Sequence record: OY101132.1
Reading direction: 5' to 3' (one strand)
DNA length: 32,000 bases
The notes under the pieces are model-generated. The model saw nothing but the letters and a program-made list of their open reading frames with translations. It had not been told where the DNA came from and did no database searches. Made by a program: the position numbers and the translations under genes. Shown piece after piece: positions 8,727 through 18,247 of the stretch (position 1 is its first letter; each line of letters begins with the position of its first letter).

Positions 8727-9539
8727 GTGATATTACAAAAAGTAAAACCGACAACTTCTTCACGAAGACAGTTAGTAAAGTTAAACCAAAAAAGCTTAAA
8801 TTTAAGCAAAAAACCTTTATTAAAACAAAAGCTTAAAGGAAAAAAAAATTCAACTGGCCGAAATCATTCAGGTCAAATAACGGTCTTTCACAAAGGTGGG
8901 GGTGTCAAAAGAAAATATCGGGAAGTAAATTTTTCTCGAACTTTTAATTCAACAGGAATTGTTTGTACTTTAGAGCATGATCCTAATCGAAATGCGTTTA
9001 TTGCAGCTATTTTTGATTTTCTAAATTTTGATTTTTTCTATATTTTAGCTCCTAAAAATTTAAAAGTTGGAGATATAGTAAAATCAGGATTAGAGATAGA
9101 GCCCAGTCTAGGAAGTTCATTACCAATTTTAGGTATTCCTATTGGAACATCTATTTATAATATTTCACCAAAGGTGTTTGAAAAAGGTAAAATTTCGCGA
9201 GCGGCTGGAACATTTTCCATTATAAAAGAAAAGACAGATAAGTATGCTTTAATTGAATTAAGTTCAGGAGAACAAAGGTATGTGTCTTCAAAATGCTTTG
9301 CTTCAATTGGTGAAGTTTCAAAAGAGTTACATTTTCTTACTAGATTAGGAAAAGCAGGCCAGTCTCGTTGGTTAAATAAAAGACCAACAGTTAGAGGTGT
9401 TAGTATGAATCCTGTAGATCACCCTCATGGAGGAGGAGAAGGAAAAAAATCCGGTAATTCTAGAACTCCTTGGGGAAAACCGAATTTCCGAGGAAAAACA
9501 AGTAATTCGAAAAACCGTTTAATTTTAAAGAAAAAATAA
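8727..9539 (+). CDS. rpl2: ribosomal protein L2 (GTG start)
   Basis: 'VRGVSMNPVDHPHGGGEGK' is the L2 signature. An in-frame stop lies at 8700-8702 and there is no ATG before the conserved N-terminus, so GTG 8727 is the first plausible start. Confidence 0.92.
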   Translation: MILQKVKPTTSSRRQLVKLNQKSLNLSKKPLLKQKLKGKKNSTGRNHSGQITVFHKGGGVKRKYREVNFSRTFNSTGIVCTLEHDPNRNAFIAAIFDFLNFDFFYILAPKNLKVGDIVKSGLEIEPSLGSSLPILGIPIGTSIYNISPKVFEKGKISRAAGTFSIIKEKTDKYALIELSSGEQRYVSSKCFASIGEVSKELHFLTRLGKAGQSRWLNKRPTVRGVSMNPVDHPHGGGEGKKSGNSRTPWGKPNFRGKTSNSKNRLILKKK

Positions 9540-9542
9540 ATT

Positions 9543-9782
9543 ATGAAAAGATCAAAGTGGAAAGGTCCGTTAATTAAACCTAAAGATTTAACAAAAAAAT
9601 TACTACCCTTACCTAGAAATTATGAGATAACTTCACAGGTTGTAGGTTTGGTTTGTAATGTGCACTCAGGAAAAAAATTTGTAAAACTTAATTTGACCGA
9701 TGAAATGATTGGTCATAAAGTAGGTGAATTCATTCCTACTCGCGAGAGATTCGAATTTAAGAAGAAAAAAAAGAAAAAATAA
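9543..9782 (+). CDS. rps19: ribosomal protein S19
   Basis: 79-aa ORF between rpl2 and rps3 (S10-operon order), with 'HSGKKFVKLNLTDEMIGHKVGEF'. Confidence 0.88.
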   Translation: MKRSKWKGPLIKPKDLTKKLLPLPRNYEITSQVVGLVCNVHSGKKFVKLNLTDEMIGHKVGEFIPTRERFEFKKKKKKK

Positions 9783-9789
9783 CCTTTAA

Positions 9790-10800
9790 ATGGGACAAAA
9801 AATAAATCCGAATATTTTTCGACTTGGCGTTAACAAAAAATGGAAAACTGAATTTTTTGAAAAAAAAAGACATGAACTACCGCTCTATACTTTTAAAGAT
9901 TTAGAAATAAAAAGTTATGTTGAACGGTTTTTAGAAACACAAGGAATTATTTTACACGATTACAAACAACATTATAGCAATTCAACTTTAACTCTTTACA
10001 TTTCATATTTTATTTCATCTGAATTTGTTGTAAGTAAAAAAGATAAAGCGAGTAAGATAATTTTAACAAATTCATTAGGTAATAGTAAAATTGTTAAAGA
10101 TACTAAAATACCTGCTAAAACAATTATTAAAAGTTCACAAGATTCTCTGTTTAAAACTCAAGCACCAACTGATTATTATAATATTAAAAAGTATTTAAGC
10201 GTTCATTCAAACACATTAAACTCACCAAACAAAAAATTAGCAATTTCTAATAATTTACAAGAAAATTTAGTTGATCTAAAAATTGAAGGAGTTTTAAGCA
10301 ATCTTTTTAAAGTTTTGAGTTTATTTACAAATAATAAATTTAATATAATAACTAATTTTTCTTGCCTCAATAAAAATTTAAGTTTTTTAAAAAAAACTCA
10401 AAAAAAAAATTTCATATTACTTCAAAAATTTAAAGGGACACCTTTTTTGAAGGAAGGTATCGAGCTATTATTTCATTCAGTTTATAATAAGAATTCAGCA
10501 AATTTGTTAACTAAATTTATAGCAATACAAATAAAAAAAATAAAACGACATAAGTTTTTTTTGTCTTTTTTAAAACAAACCCTTACGATTTTATTAAACT
10601 CTAATTTTTCAAAAGTAAAAGGAATCAAAATTTTAATTAAAGGTCGATTAAACGGTGTACCTCGAGCAAAGCATAAAATGATTACTATAGGTGATCTGCC
10701 GATGCAAACTATCAATGCAATTGTGGATCATTCTCAAATAACTGCTCACAATTCTAATGGAAGTTATGGAATTAAAGTATGGATTGTTGAAAAAGAATAA
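9790..10800 (+). CDS. rps3: ribosomal protein S3 (expanded mitochondrial form)
   Basis: N-terminal 'MGQKINPNIFRLG' and C-terminal 'KGRLNGVPRAKH...SYGIKVWI' flank a long Lys/Asn-rich middle. Confidence 0.88.
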   Translation: MGQKINPNIFRLGVNKKWKTEFFEKKRHELPLYTFKDLEIKSYVERFLETQGIILHDYKQHYSNSTLTLYISYFISSEFVVSKKDKASKIILTNSLGNSKIVKDTKIPAKTIIKSSQDSLFKTQAPTDYYNIKKYLSVHSNTLNSPNKKLAISNNLQENLVDLKIEGVLSNLFKVLSLFTNNKFNIITNFSCLNKNLSFLKKTQKKNFILLQKFKGTPFLKEGIELLFHSVYNKNSANLLTKFIAIQIKKIKRHKFFLSFLKQTLTILLNSNFSKVKGIKILIKGRLNGVPRAKHKMITIGDLPMQTINAIVDHSQITAHNSNGSYGIKVWIVEKE

Positions 10801-10822
10801 TTGTCAATAAAATTAATTAAAA

Positions 10823-11227
10823 ATGTTTTTACAACCCCGAAAAACGAAGTACAAAAAGACTAGAAAAGGAAGATTAAAAAAATTAGAATTCAAAGCTAAT
10901 ACTATAAGATTTGGGGAGCTTGGCCTCAAAGCTCAAGTGTCTGGAATGATTACAGCTCGACAAATTGAATCCGCACGGAGAGCAATTGCTCGTAAAATCA
11001 AACGTAAAGGAAAAATTTGGATTTGTATTTTCCCAGATTTACCAATAACTTCAAAGCCTACTGAATCCAGAATGGGTAAAGGTAAAGGAGCAGTGTCACA
11101 CTGGGTTGCAAGGGTAAGAGGAGGAACTACATTATTTGAAGTATGTGGTATTCCGACTCACGTTGCAATTGAAGCTTTAAAATCGGGTAGTAAAAAATTA
11201 CCTATCAAAACTAAAATCTTTGACTAA
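10823..11227 (+). CDS. rpl16: ribosomal protein L16
   Basis: 'MFLQPRKTKYKK' and 'ITARQIESARRAIARKIKR...RMGKGKG'. Confidence 0.93.
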   Translation: MFLQPRKTKYKKTRKGRLKKLEFKANTIRFGELGLKAQVSGMITARQIESARRAIARKIKRKGKIWICIFPDLPITSKPTESRMGKGKGAVSHWVARVRGGTTLFEVCGIPTHVAIEALKSGSKKLPIKTKIFD

Positions 11228-11299
11228 AAATTAGATTAAAAAAGAATGTAGTTGGGACTTTTTATTAAATATTATTTAAGGCTGCTTTGAGTCGTTCGA

Positions 11300-11556
<257 letters not shown>

Positions 11557-11573
11557 AAGCAAAACAATTATAA

Positions 11574-11646
11574 GAGTATATAGCTCAGTTGGAAGAGCAT
11601 TGGACTTTTAATCCACAGGTCCTGGGTTCAAACCCCAGTGTACTCA
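11574..11646 (+). tRNA. trnK: tRNA-Lys, anticodon TTT
   Basis: Acceptor GAGTATA/TGTACTC, anticodon loop CTTTTAA, T-arm CTGGG-TTCAAAC-CCCAG. Confidence 0.88.
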
Positions 11647-11656
11647 AAAAGAATTA

Positions 11657-11983
11657 ATGGCTGGAATTGAATTAAATTTTTATTTATTAAGTACTGCAAT
11701 AGTATTATTTCACATTGGAATGCTAGGTTTAGTACTCAATCGTGGAAACATCTTAAAAACAATAATGTCTTTAGAAATTTTATTATTATCTGTTAACCTT
11801 ACTTTTATAACTTTCTCTTTATACTTAGATGATATTGTTGGACATATTTTTGTGTTATTTATTCTGGTTCTTTCAGCAACAGAGTCTTCTATAGGTTTGT
11901 CTATTTTAGCTGTATTTTATGAGCAGAGAGACGATATAGCTTTAGATCCTATTAAAATAAATAATCAAAATTTAAAAACATAA
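11657..11983 (+). CDS. nad4L: NADH dehydrogenase subunit 4L
   Basis: 108-aa three-TM ORF, 'MSLEILLLSVNL...ATESSIGLSIL'. Confidence 0.92.
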   Translation: MAGIELNFYLLSTAIVLFHIGMLGLVLNRGNILKTIMSLEILLLSVNLTFITFSLYLDDIVGHIFVLFILVLSATESSIGLSILAVFYEQRDDIALDPIKINNQNLKT

Positions 11984-11986
11984 AAA

Positions 11987-12060
11987 CGAAAAAGATGGGA
12001 TTTGAACCCACAGTCTCCGACGTGACAGGTCGGCGCTTTAACCAATTAAGCTACATTTCC
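11987..12060 (-). tRNA. trnD: tRNA-Asp, anticodon GTC
   Basis: Reverse complement gives acceptor GGAAATG/CTTTTTC (one mismatch), anticodon stem CCGAC/GTCGG, loop CTGTCAC, T-arm GTGGG-TTCAAAT-CCCAT. Confidence 0.85.
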
Positions 12061-12088
12061 TTTTAAAAATATTATAACATCGATAAAA

Positions 12089-12709
12089 ATGGCAAAAACT
12101 AATTCAACAAATTTAAATAAAGTATCATTACTGGCGTATTTAATAAACTTAGGTATTTCGGTACCTCATTATTGTTATCATAATAATCTATCCATAGCAG
12201 GAAATTGCCGAATTTGTATCGTGGAAATGGGCAATTTAAACAAACCTGTAGTGTCTTGTGCAGTTAGTGCAGGGACAAGCTTATTTAACCATGAAATTTA
12301 TCATAACAGTGGTCTAGTAAAAAAAGCACGAGAAAATGTTATGGAGTTCTTATTACTAAATCATCCTTTAGATTGTCCTATTTGTGATCAAGGAGGAGAA
12401 TGTGACTTACAAGATCAGTCTTTATTTTTTGGTTTTACAAAACGAAGATTTTATAAATTCAAAAGAATCGTTTCAGACAAAAACTTAGGACCAATCGTTA
12501 AAACAGTTATGACAAGATGTATCCATTGTACACGTTGTGTTCGATTTAGTGCTGAAATTGCTGGTGTTGAAGAATTAGGTGTATTTGGTCGTGGAAATCA
12601 AAGTGAAATTGGTACTTATGTAAATAAAGTTCTGTTGTCTGAATTATCTGGTAATGTAATAGATTTATGTCCAGTTGGTTCTTTAACAACGAGAAAAACT
12701 TATTGTTAA
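12089..12709 (+). CDS. nad11: NADH dehydrogenase subunit 11, N-terminal Fe-S module only
   Basis: 206 aa with '[20 protein letters not shown]', '[18 protein letters not shown]', '[10 protein letters not shown]' and 'DLCPVGSLT'. Ends where the molybdopterin-like domain would begin. Confidence 0.9.
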   Translation: MAKTNSTNLNKVSLLAYLINLGISVPHYCYHNNLSIAGNCRICIVEMGNLNKPVVSCAVSAGTSLFNHEIYHNSGLVKKARENVMEFLLLNHPLDCPICDQGGECDLQDQSLFFGFTKRRFYKFKRIVSDKNLGPIVKTVMTRCIHCTRCVRFSAEIAGVEELGVFGRGNQSEIGTYVNKVLLSELSGNVIDLCPVGSLTTRKTYC

Positions 12710-12718
12710 TTTTATCTA

Positions 12719-13039
12719 ATGATGAATTTTATTTTGGTTTGGACTGGTTTTGTATTGTTAATGAGTTTTTCAGAAGAATTAGACTTAGCTCATTTTACAC
12801 TATTTAGTGGTTCAATGTTATATTTTACATATCTTTATAATAAAATTAATCCGATAGTTTTCTCAAAAAAAAGCATTCTTTTACTATTTAATGTTCCAAC
12901 TATAATTATATGGTATATAGCTTTCGTTTATAATGATTTTTTATGTCTTAATCCCATATCTTATGAAATGTTTATGAGTTTGTTTTTTATATATTTTTAC
13001 ATAACCCTTTATCTTCTTATAAACCTTTTTAACAAATAA
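12719..13039 (+). CDS. unassigned hydrophobic ORF (orf106)
   Basis: 106-aa ORF with about 3 predicted TM segments, 10 nt downstream of nad11-N on the same strand. No family recognised. Confidence 0.4.
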   Translation: MMNFILVWTGFVLLMSFSEELDLAHFTLFSGSMLYFTYLYNKINPIVFSKKSILLLFNVPTIIIWYIAFVYNDFLCLNPISYEMFMSLFFIYFYITLYLLINLFNK

Positions 13040-13101
13040 AAACACTGTTTAATATTTATAGCTAATTATAAATTATTTTGTGCAATTTATAAATCTAGAA
13101 A

Positions 13102-13398
13102 TTACCAGCTTGATTTTCTCATACCGCTAATTTGACCAGATTTAACTAGTTTTAAAAAGACAGTTCGAGAAAGATTTGTAAATTTATGAAAAGTTTTTTT
13201 GTTTATTGTTTTTACACATCTATTTGATAAAACTGTTTTTGATCCCTCTTTAGTGCAGTTTAATTCGTATAGAGCGTTCCATCGAACTGTTTTTATAAAA
13301 TTTGAGTTCGTCGATATTTGTTTTAATATAAACTGTTTTAGCTCTAATTGTTTAACGGATTGTCTATTTTCTTTATCTTTTGCAAATAATTTTTTCAT
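13102..13398 (-). CDS. rps14: ribosomal protein S14
   Basis: 98 aa, 'NRCVKT...LSRTVFLKLVKSGQISGMRKSSW'. Confidence 0.9.
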   Translation of the reverse strand: MKKLFAKDKENRQSVKQLELKQFILKQISTNSNFIKTVRWNALYELNCTKEGSKTVLSNRCVKTINKKTFHKFTNLSRTVFLKLVKSGQISGMRKSSW

Positions 13399-13402
13399 AG
13401 TT

Positions 13403-13975
13403 TTATTTTAATTCTAATGTCTCCCAAGGTGAAGTAAACTTAAATGCTCGATATTCCTGGCTTAATTCAACTCTATCGTTAACAACTCGTTTTCTTGTAT
13501 AATCATAACTAGCTTCTACAAATCCACTTAATGGAAAATCTTTTCGTAATGGATATCCTTCGAAACCATAATCAGTTAATAATCTTGTTAAGTTACTGTG
13601 GTTACTAAAGAAAATGCCATACATGTCCCATGTTTCAGATTCATACCATCCTGCGGCCGCAAAAATATGTTCACATGACTCAATAGGTGATAGTTCATCT
13701 GTTAAAACTTTTACTCTTAATCTAATGTTGTATCTAACACTTAAAAGCTCATAAACTACTTTAAACCGATATTTGTTAGAAGGGTAATCAACACCTGAAA
13801 TACAGGTAAGAATTTTGAATTGATATTGTATGTGATTCTTTAAAAATGTTAAAACTGGGAGTAAATGCTCTCTTTTAACAATAAGACTTATTTCTTTTTG
13901 ATGTATTTGAATTTTTAAAATAGGTAAAACTTTTGTAATAACTTTAAGGTTTTCAGCAATAAATAAATTATTCAT
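13403..13975 (-). CDS. nad9: NADH dehydrogenase subunit 9
   Basis: 190 aa, 'AAGWYESETWDMYGIFFSNHSNLTRLLTDYGFEGYPLRKDFPLSG'. Confidence 0.96.
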   Translation of the reverse strand: MNNLFIAENLKVITKVLPILKIQIHQKEISLIVKREHLLPVLTFLKNHIQYQFKILTCISGVDYPSNKYRFKVVYELLSVRYNIRLRVKVLTDELSPIESCEHIFAAAGWYESETWDMYGIFFSNHSNLTRLLTDYGFEGYPLRKDFPLSGFVEASYDYTRKRVVNDRVELSQEYRAFKFTSPWETLELK

Positions 13976-13984
13976 ATTAACGTT

Positions 13985-14341
13985 TTAAAAACGCTTGTTT
14001 TTTTTTGCAGATTTTGCATTTGTATGTGTCCTTTGCCCCCTTACAGGTAGACCTCTCGCCCTTCTCAAACCTCTATAAGATTTTATATTGATTAACTTTT
14101 TTAAAGTCATAGATTTCAATTTTTTAAGCTCGTTATTCAACGAAAGGTTTAGAGAATCGATGAGTTGCAACAATTCTGCAATTTGTTCTGGATTTAAGTT
14201 TTTTATTTTTAAATTTATAGAAAAGCCCAATTTTTTACAAATAAGAAAAGCCGTATTTCTTCCAATACCGTGTACTCTTGATAATGCAAAAAGCACAGAC
14301 TTTTGATCCGGTAAATTTGTTTCTAATAGATAAAGCATCAT
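13985..14341 (-). CDS. rps13: ribosomal protein S13
   Basis: 118 aa, 'LSRVHGIGRNTAFLICKKLG' and 'SYRGLRRARGLPVRGQRTHTNA'. Confidence 0.92.
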   Translation of the reverse strand: MMLYLLETNLPDQKSVLFALSRVHGIGRNTAFLICKKLGFSINLKIKNLNPEQIAELLQLIDSLNLSLNNELKKLKSMTLKKLINIKSYRGLRRARGLPVRGQRTHTNAKSAKKNKRF

Positions 14342-14344
14342 ATT

Positions 14345-15832
14345 TTAAAAATACATGTTTTCTACTAGGTTATTTACGCTCATGTGAATTGAGTTTAAGC
14401 AAGCATCTGGAGTTAAACCTAAAATTAAAGTATAACAAATTAAAGGCATAAAAATAAAAAACTCACGTTTGTTTAAATCCAAGGTTTGTTTAATATACTG
14501 ACTTTTTAGATTACCATAAGCAATTCTATTAAACAGCCAAAGAGCATAACAACCTCCTAGAACCATCCCAGTAGCTCCAAAAAAAGTTATACTGGAATTA
14601 ACTTTAAATGATCCTGCAAAAATTAAAAATTCTCCAATAAACCCACTTGTTCCAGGAAAACCAATATTTGCCATAGTAAAGAATAAAAAAACAGAAATAT
14701 ATAATGGCATAGTATGAACAAGACCACCATAATATTTAACAAGTCGAGTTCTGTAACGCTCATAAACAACTCCAATAATAACGAATAAAGCACTGGCTAC
14801 AAAACCGTGACTTAAACTTTGTAATATTGCACCTTCAATTCCGACATTGTTAAAACTAAAAATACCTAACATAACTACATTCATATGAGCGACAGAGGTA
14901 TAAGCAATTATTCGCTTAAAATCAGTTTGTCTTATCGCAGTTAATGATGCATACACAATACCTAGGAGAGATACTGTATAAACGAAAGGTGTAAAATAAA
15001 ATGAAGCTTGAGGAAATAAAGGTAAAGAAAACCTAATAAATCCATAGGTTCCTAACTTTAACAACACCCCAGCTAAAATAACTGATCCAGCTGTTGGAGC
15101 TTCAACATGTGCTTCAGGTAACCATAGGTGCACAGGCATCATAGGCACTTTAGCAGCAAATGCTAAAAAAAAAGTAAACCATAAAATTTTTTGTTCAAAA
15201 TCTGAAAAAACAAAAGTTAGTAAAATTTCATAATCAGTTGTTCCAACTTGATTATAGATATATAAAATAGACAACAGCATTACAACAGAACCTAGCAGGG
15301 TGTATAAAAAAAAATAATAAGATGCCAGCATTTTTCGTTCTCGTGATCCCCAAATACCTATAACTAAAAACATTGGAATTAAAATACTTTCAAAAAAGAT
15401 GTAAAACATTAGTAAATCTAGTACGCAAAAAACTCCAATTAAGAAAAACTCAATAATTAAAAATGATATTAAATAACCTTTAAGATTTGAGTTAATACTA
15501 TTCCAACTGATAAGAATACAAAGCGGAATTAATAAAGTAGTTAATAATAGAAAAAATAGCGATATTCCATCAATTCCCAAAGTAATATTTAAATTTAAAA
15601 CTGGAATCCAAAAAATTTTTGTTACAAATTGAAATGTTCCTATTGACTTTTTAAACCCACCCAATAAAAGTAAGAATACTAAGAAAGGTAAGCTAGAAAA
15701 ATTTAACGCAACAATTTTTAATAATTTTTGTTGTTCAGAACTGATAAACAGTAATAATAAAATTCCTATTAACGGAATTAGTGATGTGTAGAATAAAATG
15801 TCTTGATAATAAAACAAAAGTGTTGAATTCAT
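14345..15832 (-). CDS. nad4: NADH dehydrogenase subunit 4
   Basis: 495 aa, 'FLAFAAKVPMMPVHLWLPEAHVEAPTAGSVILAGVLLKLGTYG'. Confidence 0.97.
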   Translation of the reverse strand: MNSTLLFYYQDILFYTSLIPLIGILLLLFISSEQQKLLKIVALNFSSLPFLVFLLLLGGFKKSIGTFQFVTKIFWIPVLNLNITLGIDGISLFFLLLTTLLIPLCILISWNSINSNLKGYLISFLIIEFFLIGVFCVLDLLMFYIFFESILIPMFLVIGIWGSRERKMLASYYFFLYTLLGSVVMLLSILYIYNQVGTTDYEILLTFVFSDFEQKILWFTFFLAFAAKVPMMPVHLWLPEAHVEAPTAGSVILAGVLLKLGTYGFIRFSLPLFPQASFYFTPFVYTVSLLGIVYASLTAIRQTDFKRIIAYTSVAHMNVVMLGIFSFNNVGIEGAILQSLSHGFVASALFVIIGVVYERYRTRLVKYYGGLVHTMPLYISVFLFFTMANIGFPGTSGFIGEFLIFAGSFKVNSSITFFGATGMVLGGCYALWLFNRIAYGNLKSQYIKQTLDLNKREFFIFMPLICYTLILGLTPDACLNSIHMSVNNLVENMYF

Positions 15833-15883
15833 ATTAATTTAAATTGAAAGGGAGTTTAACCCTTACCAAATTATTAAGCAATA

Positions 15884-15955
15884 TTGGAGTAAAAGGATTC
15901 GAACCTTTGAATGATCGTACCAAAAACGATTGCCTTGCCACTTGGCTATACTCCA
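15884..15955 (-). tRNA. trnQ: tRNA-Gln, anticodon TTG
   Basis: Reverse complement gives acceptor TGGAGTA/TACTCCA, anticodon stem ATCGT/ACGAT, loop TTTTGGT, T-arm AAAGG-TTCGAAT-CCTTT. Confidence 0.88.
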
Positions 15956-15969
15956 AATACTTAAAAAAT

Positions 15970-16167
15970 TTATTTTAAGTATTTTTTCTTGTAATAAGAC
16001 GAATACTTAGACTCAATATTCTTTTTATGTTTTTTTTGATTTAAAATAAAGTTTTTATCATCTTGTTTTTGAAAACTAACAAATTTGTTAGTTAAAATCA
16101 CTTCAGCATAAGGCGAAAAATAAGAACTGCCATCTGAAGAAATAATAATAGTCTTAAAAACTTTCAT
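15970..16167 (-). CDS. unassigned small basic ORF (orf65)
   Basis: 65-aa Lys-rich ORF that exactly fills the gap between nad7 and trnQ on the coding strand. No motif I can name. Confidence 0.35.
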   Translation of the reverse strand: MKVFKTIIISSDGSSYFSPYAEVILTNKFVSFQKQDDKNFILNQKKHKKNIESKYSSYYKKKYLK

Positions 16168-16175
16168 CTTTACTT

Positions 16176-17369
16176 CTATCGATCAACTTCCCCAAATACG
16201 ATATCTTGAGTTCCAATAATTGTAACAACATCAGCAATCATATGACCTCTTGACATCATATCTAAACCTTGTAAATGAGCAAACCCAGGAGCTTTTATTT
16301 TGCAACGATAAGGTTTATTTGAATTATTTGATATTAAATAAACACCAAACTCACCTTTTGGAGCTTCTGTACCTGTGTAAGTTTCATTTGCAAGAATGTT
16401 TATTCCACTAGTATAAAATTTAAAATGATGAATCAAAGATTCCATAGACTGTTTAATATCAAATCGTGAAGGAGGAGTAATCTTGTTATCATCAGTTTTA
16501 ATTGGACCGAATGGTATGTTATCTAAACACTGTTCAATAATGCGAATAGATTGTTTCATCTCAAAAATTCTAATTAAATATCGATCATAACAATCTCCGT
16601 GAGCCCCAGCTAAAATATCAAAATCTAATTCACTATAGACTTCATAAGGTTGACTTTTACGAAGATCCCACTCAAGACCTGATCCTCTTAGCATAACACC
16701 ACTAAACCCCCAATTCTGAGCTTGATCTAACGAAACAACACCAATATCAACAAGGCGTTGTTTCCAAATTCGATTTTCAGTTAACATTTCTTCTATTTCA
16801 AGAAGCCGTAATTTAAATTGCTCTTTGAAAAGATAAATGTCAGTTAATAATCCTTTTGGTAAATCAGTGTGAACGCCCCCTGGTCTGAAATATGCAGCGT
16901 GCATTCTTGCACCTGAAACTCGCTCGTAGAATTCCATAAGCTTTTCTCTTTCTTCAAAACCCCACAGCATTGGTGTCATAGCACCTACATCCATAGCATG
17001 ACATCCAACAGCTAATAAATGATTTAAAACTCTAGTAATCTCTGCAAATAAAACTCTAATGTACTGAGCTCTTTTTGGTATACTACAATTTAATAATTTT
17101 TCAATTGCTAAGCAGTAAGTATGCTCTTGCGACATCATAGAAACATAATCTAATCGGTCAAAATAAGGTAATGCTTGTAAATAATTCTTATATTCAATTA
17201 ATTTTTCAGTACCTCGATGAAGAAGACCAATATGTGGTTCAGCTCGTTCTACAACTTCTCCTGTTAATTCTAAAACTAATCTCAACACTCCATGTGCTGC
17301 TGGATGTTGAGGTCCAAAATTTACAGTAAAATTTTTAATTTCTTTTACTAATTCTTTTTTTAAAACCAT
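16176..17369 (-). CDS. nad7: NADH dehydrogenase subunit 7
   Basis: 397 aa, '[15 protein letters not shown]' ... '[33 protein letters not shown]'. Confidence 0.98.
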   Translation of the reverse strand: MVLKKELVKEIKNFTVNFGPQHPAAHGVLRLVLELTGEVVERAEPHIGLLHRGTEKLIEYKNYLQALPYFDRLDYVSMMSQEHTYCLAIEKLLNCSIPKRAQYIRVLFAEITRVLNHLLAVGCHAMDVGAMTPMLWGFEEREKLMEFYERVSGARMHAAYFRPGGVHTDLPKGLLTDIYLFKEQFKLRLLEIEEMLTENRIWKQRLVDIGVVSLDQAQNWGFSGVMLRGSGLEWDLRKSQPYEVYSELDFDILAGAHGDCYDRYLIRIFEMKQSIRIIEQCLDNIPFGPIKTDDNKITPPSRFDIKQSMESLIHHFKFYTSGINILANETYTGTEAPKGEFGVYLISNNSNKPYRCKIKAPGFAHLQGLDMMSRGHMIADVVTIIGTQDIVFGEVDR

Positions 17370-17381
17370 GACTAATATCTA

Positions 17382-17455
17382 TAAGCCTAAGTAGATTTGA
17401 ACTACTGACTTTACGCTTATCAGGCGTACACTCTAACCAACTGAGTTACAGGCTT
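17382..17455 (-). tRNA. trnI: tRNA-Ile, anticodon GAT
   Basis: Reverse complement gives acceptor AAGCCTG/TAGGCTT, anticodon stem TACGC/GCGTA, loop CTGATAA, T-arm AGTAG-TTCAAAT-CTACT. Confidence 0.88.
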
Positions 17456-17460
17456 AATAT

Positions 17461-18237
17461 TTAAAATAATTTAGATACAACAAAATAATGGTACTGAATT
17501 GAAGGTACTACTAAAATAGCAATAGGCATAAATCCATGATTTACACCACAAATTTCACTACACTGACCAAAGAACATACCAATTCGCTTTAGAAAGATAT
17601 TTACCTGATTTAATCGACCCGGACATGCATCAACTTTAACACCAAATGATGGAATAGTCCAACTATGTAATACATCTACAGAAGTAACTAATAACCTTAA
17701 ATGAGTGTTAGAAGGTAATAAAACACGTTTGTTGGTTTCAAGTAATCTAAAAAATCCTAAATAGTTTTTTTGAGTAATACTTTCTTCCGCCAATAAATAA
17801 CAAGTATATTTTAAAGTTTTATCAGAATCTAAGCATGTAGCCATAGTATCAAAATCTGAAATTTCATAACTCCAAAACCACTGGTGACCAATAACTTTAA
17901 CGGAAATTTCAGGGGTTGAGATCTCATCCATGGAATAAAGCAAAGTAAACGATGGTGAAGCTAAATTTAATAGTGTTAAAGCAGGTAATGAAGTCCAAAC
18001 AATCTCTAAAGCATTAGAGTGAAAAAAGCTTTGACTTTTTTGTGTGTTAAATTCGTCAAAATTAGAAATTGTTGCAAATAATAACCAAGCTACTAACATT
18101 ACAATAACTGTAATAATAAATAATAAATGTTTATTAAATTCTAGTAATCCTTCCATAGTAGTTGTTGATGGATCTTGTAAACGAAGTTGTGCGAACTCGG
18201 GAGCATCGCAAAAAAAAAAAATTTTTTCTGTACTCAT
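17461..18237 (-). CDS. cox2: cytochrome c oxidase subunit 2
   Basis: 258 aa, 'VDVLHSWTIPSFGVKVDACPGRLNQ...GQCSEICGVNHGFMP'. Confidence 0.97.
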   Translation of the reverse strand: MSTEKIFFFCDAPEFAQLRLQDPSTTTMEGLLEFNKHLLFIITVIVMLVAWLLFATISNFDEFNTQKSQSFFHSNALEIVWTSLPALTLLNLASPSFTLLYSMDEISTPEISVKVIGHQWFWSYEISDFDTMATCLDSDKTLKYTCYLLAEESITQKNYLGFFRLLETNKRVLLPSNTHLRLLVTSVDVLHSWTIPSFGVKVDACPGRLNQVNIFLKRIGMFFGQCSEICGVNHGFMPIAILVVPSIQYHYFVVSKLF

Positions 18238-18247
18238 ATTATTTTCA

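Noticed and set aside
10482-10715. 77-aa minus-strand ORF
   Set aside because: It is antisense to the conserved C-terminal part of rps3.
13040-13101. 9-bp inverted repeat TTATAAATT...AATTTATAA between the convergent orf106 and rps14, considered as a terminator
   Set aside because: It is all A/T and short. Stems like this are expected by chance in this base composition.
13199-13411. 70-aa plus-strand ORF
   Set aside because: It is antisense to rps14 and the end of nad9.
14088-14306. 72-aa plus-strand ORF
   Set aside because: It is antisense to rps13.
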